A model generated the notes under the pieces. It saw nothing but the letters and a program-made list of their open reading frames with translations. It searched no databases and was not told the DNA's origin. Of a stretch of 64,000 bases of DNA, positions 38,175 to 47,373 are shown in pieces. A program made the position numbers and the translations under genes. The stretch is from Candidatus Latescibacterota bacterium. GTDB lineage: Bacteria; Latescibacterota; UBA2968; GCA-2709665. The stretch spans positions 2,784,001 through 2,848,000 of the forward strand of contig OZ252100.1 of NCBI GenBank assembly GCA_965248435.1, given 5' to 3'. Position 1 is the first letter of the stretch. Every line of letters begins with the position of its first letter.

Positions 38175-39773
38175 ATGAAATTAAAAAGGCACGACCTGGA
38201 CATGAAATACGAAGAGTCAACAGAAGACCAGCTCTTGGTCGAATTGAGGCGGACCGTTTCTGAGCGGGAACCTTTAGAGGCCAAGTGGAGGCAAGCGGAG
38301 GAGGCGCTGGGTAAGAGCGAAGCGCGCTATGAGTCGCTCTACAATAACACTCCAGCGATGTTGCACTCCATAGATGATAACGGGCGAATCGTCAGCGTAA
38401 GTAATCATTGGCTCGAGACACTTGGGTACAAACACAGCGAAGTGATTGGAAGAAAGTCAGTCGAATTTCTGACAGAAGCATCCCGTCGTTACGCAGAAGA
38501 TGTTACATTGTCCGAATTTTTCAAGACCGGTACCGCGAAAGACGTTCCCTATCAGTATGTAAAGAAGAATGGGGAGGTCATTGATGTATTTCTTTCCGCT
38601 ATCTCCGAGCATGATGCGGAAGGGAATGTGGTTCGTTCTCTGGCTGTCTCGATTGACATCACAGATCGTAAACGTGCTGAAGAGGCGCTCCAGAAAGCGC
38701 GCGATGAGTTGGAAAAACGCGTAGAGGAACGCACCGCTGAACTGAGAGCTGCCAATGAGCACCTTAGAAAGGAAATCGCAGAGCGCAAGAAAGCGGAGCA
38801 CGTCCTTCTTGATGAGGTAAAAATCAAATACGACTACGAGGAGATTGTCGGGAAGAGCGTGATCCTCCAAAAAATGCGGAAACAGATCGAGTTGGTGGCT
38901 CCTGCGGAAACGCCGGTGCTCGTCCTTGGTGAGACCGGTACGGGGAAGGAACTGGTTTGCCGGGCGATCCATCACCTGAGTCCTCGCAAGGCCAGCCCTC
39001 TGGTCAAGCTGAACTGTGCGGCCATTCCCTCGGGTCTGGTGGAAAGCGAGCTGTTCGGCCACGAGAAAGGGGCGTTTACCGGCGCCATTTCCCAGAGACA
39101 GGGTCGATTTGAACTGGCGCACGGGGGTACTATCTTCCTGGATGAGATTGGGGATCTTCCTCTTGAGACGCAATCAAAACTCCTGAGAGTGCTGGAACAC
39201 CAGGAGTTTGAACGGGTAGGCGGCACCCGGACGATCAAAGTCGATACCCGGGTGATTGCTGCCACGCACCGGGACCTTCAACAAATGGTTCAAGAGGGTC
39301 AGTTCCGAGAGGATTTATTCTACCGGTTGAACGTTTTCCCAATTAAGATCCCTTCCCTGAGGGACCGGCGAGAGGACATTTCCCTCCTTTCCGACTATTT
39401 CCTGCGTCGCATCTGTGCTCGACTGGGCAGGCCTACCTGTGAACTCAGCGATGAGGCACAGCAGCACTTGCTCACCTACTCCTGGCCCGGGAATGTTCGA
39501 GAACTGGAGAATATCATCGATCGCGCCGTCATCCTGTGCTCTGGGCAGACCATAGATCGCGCGCATATTCAGGTGGAGGCCGATACCCCATCAAAGACCG
39601 AAGAACAGATAAGATCTTTGGAGGAAGTCGAGAGAAGGCATATTATCTCTGTCCTTCGGATGGCCAATGGGAAAGTGAGCGGCAGAGGCGGGGCCGCCGA
39701 GCTTCTCGGCCTGAAGCCACCCACGTTGGTGTCAAAAATGAAAAAGTTGGGAATCGTCCGAGGAGGCTTTTAA
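38175..39773 (+). CDS. PAS sigma54-dependent activator (FhlA-like bEBP)
   Basis: [44 protein letters not shown]. Confidence 0.97.
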   Translation: MKLKRHDLDMKYEESTEDQLLVELRRTVSEREPLEAKWRQAEEALGKSEARYESLYNNTPAMLHSIDDNGRIVSVSNHWLETLGYKHSEVIGRKSVEFLTEASRRYAEDVTLSEFFKTGTAKDVPYQYVKKNGEVIDVFLSAISEHDAEGNVVRSLAVSIDITDRKRAEEALQKARDELEKRVEERTAELRAANEHLRKEIAERKKAEHVLLDEVKIKYDYEEIVGKSVILQKMRKQIELVAPAETPVLVLGETGTGKELVCRAIHHLSPRKASPLVKLNCAAIPSGLVESELFGHEKGAFTGAISQRQGRFELAHGGTIFLDEIGDLPLETQSKLLRVLEHQEFERVGGTRTIKVDTRVIAATHRDLQQMVQEGQFREDLFYRLNVFPIKIPSLRDRREDISLLSDYFLRRICARLGRPTCELSDEAQQHLLTYSWPGNVRELENIIDRAVILCSGQTIDRAHIQVEADTPSKTEEQIRSLEEVERRHIISVLRMANGKVSGRGGAAELLGLKPPTLVSKMKKLGIVRGGF

Positions 39774-39811
39774 CATTCGTGAAATATCAAAAATTTATGA
39801 AATATGAAAAC

Positions 39812-40866
39812 CCCGAGTTCAATAAGGAAGTGCAACACTTAGGGTAGCAACTGTCCTATCCTAAGTGTATGGGAAACAATTACAAGCATCTTACGATAGA
39901 CGAACGCGAGCAGATTGCGCTTTGTCGAGCCACTGGTGCAAGCCTTAGAGATATTGCCAAGGCCCTTGACCGGAGCGCCAGCACGATTTCAAGAGAGTTG
40001 AAACGTAATCCGTCCCCGATAGCTGAGAGTTACTCGGGCCTCCAGGCTCACAGAAGGGCTGAGAAACGTAAGCGGGAGGCCGGCAAGCGGAAACGGCTGA
40101 AGAATCCGGTTATCCGGCGATATGTCGAGACCAAACTCAAGCAAGGATGGTCTCCCGAGTTGATCGCTGGGAGGCTTCCCGAGGAGCGTCCGAGCGCGGG
40201 TATCAGCCACGAAGCCATCTACCAGTATATCTACGATCCAAAGGTGCACAAGCAGCGGGATCTGGTTGCTTGCTTATCCCGAGCTCACAAAAAACGAAAG
40301 CCGCGGTGGCATACCCGAAAACACCGGGAAAGCCACATTCCAGGCCGTATTTCGATCGATCGACGTCCCCGTTACATCGAAAAACGGAAACAACCTGGCC
40401 ACTGGGAATCCGACACCATCATCTCTCGTGAGAGCAAACAGGCCGTTGGCGCTTGTCTTGAGCGATCGTCGAGATACCTACACCTGGCTAAGCTGGCAAA
40501 GAACGGACCCTCGGAGGTCGCCGAAGCGATTAATCGACGCCTTGGGCGACATCCTCCCCACATGAGGAAGAGCATCACATATGACAACGGATCCGAAAAC
40601 GGCCAACATCAACGGGTCAACGAGGTGCTTGGCACCAAATCCTATTTCTGCAAACCGTTCCACAGCTGGGAGCGAGGCGCTGTGGAAAACGCTATCGGTC
40701 TGGTCCGCAGATACCTCCCCAAGAAGACAGACTTCTCAAAGGTCAGCAAACACGAGTTAAAGAAAATTCAGAACCGGATCAACAACCGACCAAGAAAATG
40801 TCTTAACTTCAAAACACCAGCTGAAGTCTTCAAGTCCAAGTGTTGCACTTAGTCATTGAATCCAGC
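39812..40866 (+). mobile_element. IS30-family insertion sequence, copy 1 (1055 bp)
   Basis: Imperfect 27-bp IRs cccgagttcaataaggaagtgcaacac / gtgttgcacttagtcattgaatccagc; 3-bp flanking duplication aac. Confidence 0.95.
39869..40852 (+). CDS. IS30 family transposase
   Basis: HTH STISRELKRN; GHWESD, TYDNGSE, WERGAVENAIG, NNRPRKCL. Confidence 0.97.
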   Translation: MGNNYKHLTIDEREQIALCRATGASLRDIAKALDRSASTISRELKRNPSPIAESYSGLQAHRRAEKRKREAGKRKRLKNPVIRRYVETKLKQGWSPELIAGRLPEERPSAGISHEAIYQYIYDPKVHKQRDLVACLSRAHKKRKPRWHTRKHRESHIPGRISIDRRPRYIEKRKQPGHWESDTIISRESKQAVGACLERSSRYLHLAKLAKNGPSEVAEAINRRLGRHPPHMRKSITYDNGSENGQHQRVNEVLGTKSYFCKPFHSWERGAVENAIGLVRRYLPKKTDFSKVSKHELKKIQNRINNRPRKCLNFKTPAEVFKSKCCT

Positions 40867-40969
40867 AACAAGATAATGCTCGGATCGATGTAAAATTTTG
40901 CCAATATAGAGAAGCAAGTAATCGTTATAAAGCCACTTAGGAGATATTTCCAAGTGGCTTTATTCGTCC

Positions 40970-40984
40970 TGGCACAGAGATTGT
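40970..40984 (+). promoter_or_regulatory. Sigma54-like promoter preceded by a hairpin
   Basis: TGGCACAGAGATTGT (one mismatch at -12); ataaagccactt...aagtggctttat hairpin just upstream. Confidence 0.65.
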
Positions 40985-41015
40985 TCTGTACTAAACACCA
41001 TGCCAAACAATAATC

Positions 41016-41046
41016 TTGACCCTATAGTAGGTACGGAATGTAATTT
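41016..41046 (+). promoter_or_regulatory. MerR-type promoter/operator with 19-bp spacer
   Basis: TTGACC-ctatagtaggtacggaatg-TAATTT; resembles the merT promoter with its GTACGG dyad half-site. Confidence 0.8.
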
Positions 41047-41068
41047 CACCGAGATGGATGGCAAGAAT

Positions 41069-41485
41069 ATGGAAACTTTCACCATAGGCCGGGTTGCTCA
41101 AAGACTTCGGATGAACATTCAAACGATCCGTTACTATGAACGGCAAGGACTTATCCCTGAGCCACCACGGCAAGCCTCTGGTTACCGGAGGTACTCTCAG
41201 GAAGCCATCGCTCGCATCCAGTTTATCAAGCGCGCGAGAGAGTTGAGATTCTCTCTTAAAGAGATTTCAGAACTTCTCACGCTGCGAGCTGACCCGATTA
41301 CGACCTGTGATGATGTCAGAACACGGGCAGAGGGCAAAATTACAGAGGTTGCGGAAACGGTAAAGGACCTTCAGGGGACGTTGAACACGCTTACAGAATT
41401 GGTGGCTTTCTGCAAGAAGCGGGGTCCAACCCAGAAATGCCCTGTCTTAGATGCTTTGGATTCGCCATTGGATGGGGGTGAATAA
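41069..41485 (+). CDS. merR: MerR-family heavy-metal-responsive regulator
   Basis: TIGRVA...TIRYYERQGL...SGYRRY; three Cys placed as in Hg(II)-type MerR (TCDD, FC, CPVL). The ATG at 41000 would overlap the promoter. Confidence 0.85.
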   Translation: METFTIGRVAQRLRMNIQTIRYYERQGLIPEPPRQASGYRRYSQEAIARIQFIKRARELRFSLKEISELLTLRADPITTCDDVRTRAEGKITEVAETVKDLQGTLNTLTELVAFCKKRGPTQKCPVLDALDSPLDGGE

Positions 41486-41679
41486 ATGAAGAGCCGGATG
41501 AGCAGGCTTCTAAGTGTTTGGAGAGAGAGGCACCGTTGAAGGTTCGATTGCCATTAAACAGCTTCTTTCTGAACGGCTAACGCACGGGCGCCGACGCGCA
41601 TCCTTAGGATACGAGTCGTTTTCGTTTTGACACGGAGGTTTTCCCGTAACAACCTCGACAATCAGAAGAGAGAGGACCG

Positions 41680-41948
41680 ATGCTCAAAATCACTAGAATG
41701 GATCTTTAACGATGGAAAGTGTTATCCTCAAGCTTGAGGGACGACTGGTAGATCAGAGGATTGAACTGCTCAGGGAATCGTGTGAGATCCATCAGCGCAA
41801 GACGGGTAGACCGCCGACTCTGGATCTGTCTGCTGTAGGGTTTGCCAGCGAAGAGGGCATTGAACTGCTCCGTCACATCCAGGAAGAAGGGGTAAGGTGT
41901 GTGGGCTTGTCGCCCTTCCTGAAGGAACTCGTACAGAGTCAGTCTTGA
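41680..41948 (+). pseudogene. STAS-like small protein, frameshifted near the 5' end
   Basis: RBS gagagg plus MLKITRMDL*, then out-of-frame ESVILKLEGRL...LDLSAVGFASEEGIELL...SPFLKEL. Confidence 0.7.
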
Positions 41949-42093
41949 TATCTCACGTGAAACATCCTATTTTGGGTGCTACATATCTACTGCTCTGCCA
42001 AAGTTCTAAGATTTGCTTCCCGCAGGGGCGGAACCGATTTGAGATAGTCCCAGTAGCACTCAAGAGTGAGTCTATCTGCAGAAGACCTGTGAT

Positions 42094-44013
42094 ATGAAAG
42101 ATGAAGAGAAGAACAAAAACATGCTCATAAGCGAATTGGTCGAATTACGCCAACGGATTGTTAAATTGGAATCATCAGAGACTGAGCGCAGACAAGTAGA
42201 AGAGGCGTTGCAGAGGAGCGAAGAACGCTATCGGTCACTCTACACCAAAACCCCAGCCATGCTGCATTCGATCGATAAATGCGGGAGGCTTGTAGATGTC
42301 AGCGACCACTGGCTTGAGGTGTTCGGCTACGAACGGAAGGAAGTCATCGGACGAAAGAGTACAGAGTTTCTGACGCATGAGTCCAGGCATTATGCGGAGA
42401 CAGTCACACTTCCTGAATTTATGAAGACAGGGATGGCACGCAATGTTCCATATCAATTTGTTGGAAAGAACGGCCAAATTGTGGATGTACTCCTGTCGGC
42501 AATCGCAGAATGTGATGAAGGAGGCACCTTCATTCGAAGCCTCGCGGTTTTGGACGATGTGACAGACCGTAAGGTGGTGGAAGAGGCGCTTCGGGTGAGC
42601 GAAGAGCGGCTGCGCGCGTTTGCCGGCACGTTGCCCGATCTTGCATTCATTTTGGACGAGGACGGGCTCTACGTAGAAGTGCTTACAGCCGCGGAGGATC
42701 TCCTTTACAAAGAGGCGGACCAGCTAAAGGGACGCCTTCTGCGCGAGGTCTTGCCAAAGGAATCGGCCGATCTGTTCTTGAAAACAATCCGCAACACGAT
42801 TGAAAGCGAAAAATCGCAAGTCTTGGAATATTTACTGGATGTCCAGGCTGGCCCCCGGTGGTTTGAGGGTCGAACTTCACCCTTGCGCCTTGTTGGCGCT
42901 GATAAGAAAATGGTGGTGTGGGTATCGAGAGACATTACCGAGCGTAAGCGGGCAGAGGAGGCGCTGCAGGAGAGTGAGGATCGATTCCGATCATTTTTTG
43001 AAAAGGCGGCCTCTGGCATTGCAATTGTCTCACCCGACTTCCAATTTTCCGATGTTAATGCTGCCTTTTGCGAATTCCTTGGATATACCAAATCCCAGTT
43101 GGTGAAATTGACCATTGCCGACGTTACACACCCCGAAGATTGGGACGAGAACGAACGCCAGATCCTACAAACCTTAGAAGAACGATCCCAGTACATCAGA
43201 GCAGAAAAACGATATTTACGAAAAGACGGCACTTTCGTGTGGGGCCAAGTGTCTGCGGCGTGGATTCGAGACGCAAATTCAAACCCGCTGTATGCCGTTG
43301 CACTGGTTCAGGATATCACGTCACGCAAGAAGGCTGAGGAAGAGTTGAAAGCCTCACGTGAACAGCTCCGCAGCCTCTTCTCGTATTTGGAAAACGTCCG
43401 AGAAGAAGAACGAAGGAGAATTGCCCGGGAGATCCACGATGAGCTAGCGCAGACGCTCACGGCACTCAAGATGGATGCTTTCTGGTTAAAGACTCATTTG
43501 CGTGCTGACCAGAAGAGCCTGCGTGAAACTGTGGATTCAATGTCGGGGCTCATTGATGAGACCATTCACTCCGTCCAGAGAATCTCGGCCGAACTAAGGC
43601 CGAGATTACTGGACGACCTCGGACTCGTCGCGGCCATTGAGTGGCAGACGCAGCAATTTAAGATCCGTACAGAAATCGTATGTGAGGTCTTAATCGATGC
43701 GGACGAAGTCTCTCCTGCCGAGGACGTAGCCACACACATATTTCGGATTCTGCAGGAGGCCCTGACAAATGTTGCCCGTCACGCGTCCGCAACTGCTGTT
43801 GAAGTTAGTTTCATACAGCACGACGATGAGTTGGTTTTGAAAATCGAAGACAATGGTAAGGGTATTGCCAAACATCAAATCTTGGACTCGGCATCAATCG
43901 GTCTAATCGGTATGAGGGAACGAGTTCGTATCCTAGGCGGCAATGTCCAGATCCTCGGTGTTCCAGGCGAAGGAACTACAGTAACCGTCAAGATTCCATA
44001 CCCGAAGGATTAG
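42094..44013 (+). CDS. Triple-PAS sensor histidine kinase (NarX/UhpB-type HisKA_3)
   Basis: EERRRIAREIHDELAQ, LRPRLLDDLGL, QEALTNVARH, DNGKG, GLIGMRER. Confidence 0.95.
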   Translation: MKDEEKNKNMLISELVELRQRIVKLESSETERRQVEEALQRSEERYRSLYTKTPAMLHSIDKCGRLVDVSDHWLEVFGYERKEVIGRKSTEFLTHESRHYAETVTLPEFMKTGMARNVPYQFVGKNGQIVDVLLSAIAECDEGGTFIRSLAVLDDVTDRKVVEEALRVSEERLRAFAGTLPDLAFILDEDGLYVEVLTAAEDLLYKEADQLKGRLLREVLPKESADLFLKTIRNTIESEKSQVLEYLLDVQAGPRWFEGRTSPLRLVGADKKMVVWVSRDITERKRAEEALQESEDRFRSFFEKAASGIAIVSPDFQFSDVNAAFCEFLGYTKSQLVKLTIADVTHPEDWDENERQILQTLEERSQYIRAEKRYLRKDGTFVWGQVSAAWIRDANSNPLYAVALVQDITSRKKAEEELKASREQLRSLFSYLENVREEERRRIAREIHDELAQTLTALKMDAFWLKTHLRADQKSLRETVDSMSGLIDETIHSVQRISAELRPRLLDDLGLVAAIEWQTQQFKIRTEIVCEVLIDADEVSPAEDVATHIFRILQEALTNVARHASATAVEVSFIQHDDELVLKIEDNGKGIAKHQILDSASIGLIGMRERVRILGGNVQILGVPGEGTTVTVKIPYPKD

Positions 44014-44097
44014 CGCGGTTCCACTCAAGATGATGCCTAAGGTCTTATGATTTCCTCGCCTCGTCCACGATACACAGCTTAAAGTGAGGAGTCTGCC

Positions 44098-44730
44098 ATG
44101 ATCAAGGTCCTCATTGGGGATGATCACCCTGTGGTTAGAGAAGGTCTGAAACTGACGCTTTTAGAGGCGTCCGACATTCAGGTTGTCGGGGAAGCTTCTA
44201 ATGCCCAGGAAGTCCTCGAAGAGGTGTGGAAAGAGCAATATGACCTCCTTTTGCTGGACATTTCCTTGCCCGGGCGAAGTGGAATCGAGGTTCTGAAGCA
44301 ACTAAAAGCCGAAAAATCGCAGCTTCCCGTCCTGATCTTAACCGTTCATCCGGAATCCCAATATGCGGTGAGGGCTTTTCAAGCCGGTGCCTCCGGGTAT
44401 CTGACAAAGGAGAGCCTCCCAGAAGAGTTGGTCACGGCCATTCGAACCGTTTCGAGTGGTAGGAAATATGTCAGCTCCACCCTCGCTGAAGCAATTGCAG
44501 ATCACCTGGATTTTGCAGACCAGAGGCCTCTGCACACACGCCTTTCGGACCGCGAATACGATGTGATGCGTGGGATCGCGTCCGGTAAAACCGTAACCCA
44601 GATTGCAGACCAGATATCGCTAAGTGTGAAAACTATCAGCACTTATCGAACGCGTTTACTGGAAAAGATGAATATGAGCACCAATGCAGAAATAATCCGC
44701 TATGCGATCCAAAATGGGCTCGTGGACTGA
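44098..44730 (+). CDS. NarL/UvrY-family response regulator (receiver plus LuxR HTH)
   Basis: DDHPVVREG, LLDISLP, LSDRE, LSVKTISTYR. Confidence 0.95.
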   Translation: MIKVLIGDDHPVVREGLKLTLLEASDIQVVGEASNAQEVLEEVWKEQYDLLLLDISLPGRSGIEVLKQLKAEKSQLPVLILTVHPESQYAVRAFQAGASGYLTKESLPEELVTAIRTVSSGRKYVSSTLAEAIADHLDFADQRPLHTRLSDREYDVMRGIASGKTVTQIADQISLSVKTISTYRTRLLEKMNMSTNAEIIRYAIQNGLVD

Positions 44731-44821
44731 ACCTATTCCTTCCTGGAATCAAACTCCTCTCCCATCCCCTCCGGCAGTTCCTCGTTACACCTATCAGGTC
44801 ACTTCCCACTTAATCGAATTC

Positions 44822-44840
44822 TGTAGGACGATTACCTACA
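44822..44840. promoter_or_regulatory. Palindromic putative operator
   Basis: TGTAGG-acgatta-CCTACA, 90 bp after the response regulator gene; resembles the GacA/UvrY TGTAAG-N6-CTTACA box. Confidence 0.45.
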
Positions 44841-45176
44841 ATATTTTCCGCGAAATTCTGACGCGTCAGAAAGGCAAATGTCTATAGATTTAGATTTTGG
44901 AGATTGCTTCGGATTGATAAAGTCATCATAATGGCACGCTCCACAGCATCCTCGATAATGTTTACACTCCGCTGCTCGCGCCTTCGATCCGCGTTGGAGG
45001 GCAACGACTTGGAGGTCGCTGATTGTTCCCAGGCATTGAAGCAACGGGGCTGAGAGCACTAATGTGCATCGCCTCAGTTTCCATGCCCTGGCTGCATTCG
45101 AATACCCTCCGCTTGAAAACATCGCACGGCTATCGCTTGGTCGTTCAGACCTAGATGGATTCGACTATCAGAGGAA

Positions 45177-46881
45177 TTGACCGTGAACCAGAAAGACGAA
45201 CATTATCTGAAGCAGGAACTCTACACACTTGTGAAAAATGATTCTCGAATTTTCGAATTCTTACAGGCGGGTTCACTCGACGGTATCTGGTACTGGGACG
45301 TTGAGCATCCCGAAGAAGAGTGGTATAGCCCGCGCTTCAAGGAGCTATTTGGTTACAAGGACGACGAGGTCCCTGATACCTCGGACTGGTGGCAGAAGAA
45401 TATCTTTCTAGAGGACATGGAAGTCGCGATCGACAATTTCAGCAAACACTGTGAGGACCCTCTGCACCCCTACGATCAGGTCGTCCGGTATCGACACAAG
45501 AACGGCTCTACCGTGTGGGTTCGCTGCCGAGGACTAGCAGTTCGAGATGAGAGCGGGAGGCCGATTCGTATGCTGGGGGCACATACGGATGTAACAGCAC
45601 TCAAACAGGCCCAAGAAAAGCTAGAAGCACTCAATGAAACCCTCGAGAAACGCGTGTCAGAGCGCACGCGCGAGCTTGAAAGCTCGCGTGCTTCTGCACT
45701 GAACATGATGAAGGACGCCGTTGAAGCCAGGAGAGCAGAACAGAACGCAAACGAAGGGCTTAAGAGGGAGATTGCGGAGCGTAAGCGAGCGGAGCGGGAC
45801 CTGAGTAGACACCGGGACCACCTTGAACAACTGGTAAAAGAACGTACGGCGGAACTGCAAACGGTCAATGACCAACTTCGAAATGAAATCGCCGAACGCA
45901 AACATTCGGGGGAGATGTTGCGCAAGCTTTCTGAGCGTTTGACGTTAGCCACGAAATCCGCCGAAATTGGCATCTGGGACTGGGACGTGGTCAACAATAA
46001 GCTGGCATGGGATGACACCATGTATAGCCTCTATGGCATCTCTCCGGACCAATTTGGGGCTGCCTATGAGGCCTGGCAGAAAGGGGTATACCCGGAAGAC
46101 CTTCCCGTAGCCGAGGAACGAGTTCGGATGGCCCTCCGCGGCGAAAGAGATTTCGACACGGAATTCCGCGTTGTCTGGCCTGATAGCACGGTTCGAACAT
46201 TGAAGGCCTATGCCCTCGTCGAACGAAGCGAGAATGGTGACCCAGTCAATATGATTGGTGTCAATTTCGACATTACAGAGACCAAGAGGGCGGAGGAGGA
46301 AATCAAATCATTCAATGCGGAGCTCGAAGCCGCCAACCAAGAACTCGAAAGCTTTTCCTACTCCGTTTCGCACGACTTGCGGGCACCGCTCAGGAGCGTC
46401 GATGGCTTCAGCCAGGCCTTGCTCGAGGATTACGAGGAGAAACTCGACGCGGGGGGTAGAGAGTATCTTCAGCGTGTGCGGGCTGCAAGCCAGCGTATGG
46501 GGCAGTTGATCGACGCCCTCCTGAACTTGTCGCGCATCACCCGGGGAGAAATGCGACGCGAGACAGTGGACTTGAGCACCATAGCACGGGAACTTGCAGA
46601 CGAACTCCATAAGTCGGAACCGGCTCGTCAAGCTACCTTTGCAATCCACAAGGGTTTGGTGCAAAGAGGTCTATTTTGTGAGTGACGATGGAGCCGGATT
46701 CGACATGGCCTATGCCGACAAGCTGTTTGGCGCGTTTCAACGCCTACACAAGACCAGTGAGTTTTCAGGCACCGGCATCGGTCTGGCAACCGTGCAGCGC
46801 ATTGTTCATCGACACAGAGGCAAGATCTGGGCCGATAGTGAAGTTGGACAAGGGGCGACGTTCTATTTCACTTTGGCATGA
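45177..46881 (+). pseudogene. PAS-PAS histidine kinase (phytochrome-like HisKA) with deletion/frameshift in the ATPase domain
   Basis: SYSVSHDLRAPLR intact; after HKGLV the N-box is absent, and [14 protein letters not shown]...FQRLH...GTGIGLA resumes in another frame. Confidence 0.85.
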
Positions 46882-46923
46882 GAGCCGAAACCTGGCAGTC
46901 TGGAAGCGCGAAGGAGGATCCAA

Positions 46924-47373
46924 ATGGACGACGGAGTGATCTTGCTTGTCGAAGACAATCCCGACGATGAGGCCCTAGCCCTGCGCGCACTCAGAAGAAG
47001 CAATATCACTAACAAGGTTATCGTGGTGCGAGACGGCGCCGAGGCCCTGGAATTCCTGTTTTCGACAGGCGGTTACGCCGACCGAGACACAAGCGAGTGC
47101 CCTGCCGTGGTCCTGCTCGATCTCAAGCTGCCCAAGGTAGGTGGGCTGGAAGTCTTGAAGCGGGTGCGGGCAGACGAACGCACCAAACTGGTTCCAGTGG
47201 TGGTCCTCACTTCATCCAAAGAGGAACAGGATCTGGTCGACGGATACCGTTTCGGCTGCAACAGCTACGTTCAGAAACCGGTCGATTTTGTCCAGTTTGC
47301 TGAGGCGGTTCGGCAGTTGGGGCTCTACTGGCTGCTTCTGAACGAGCCCCCACCGGGGCCCGGGAGAGCCTAG
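46924..47373 (+). CDS. Single-domain response regulator (Rcp1-like)
   Basis: ILLVEDNPDD, LLDLKLPKVGG, VVLTSS, NSYVQKPVDF. Confidence 0.95.
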   Translation: MDDGVILLVEDNPDDEALALRALRRSNITNKVIVVRDGAEALEFLFSTGGYADRDTSECPAVVLLDLKLPKVGGLEVLKRVRADERTKLVPVVVLTSSKEEQDLVDGYRFGCNSYVQKPVDFVQFAEAVRQLGLYWLLLNEPPPGPGRA

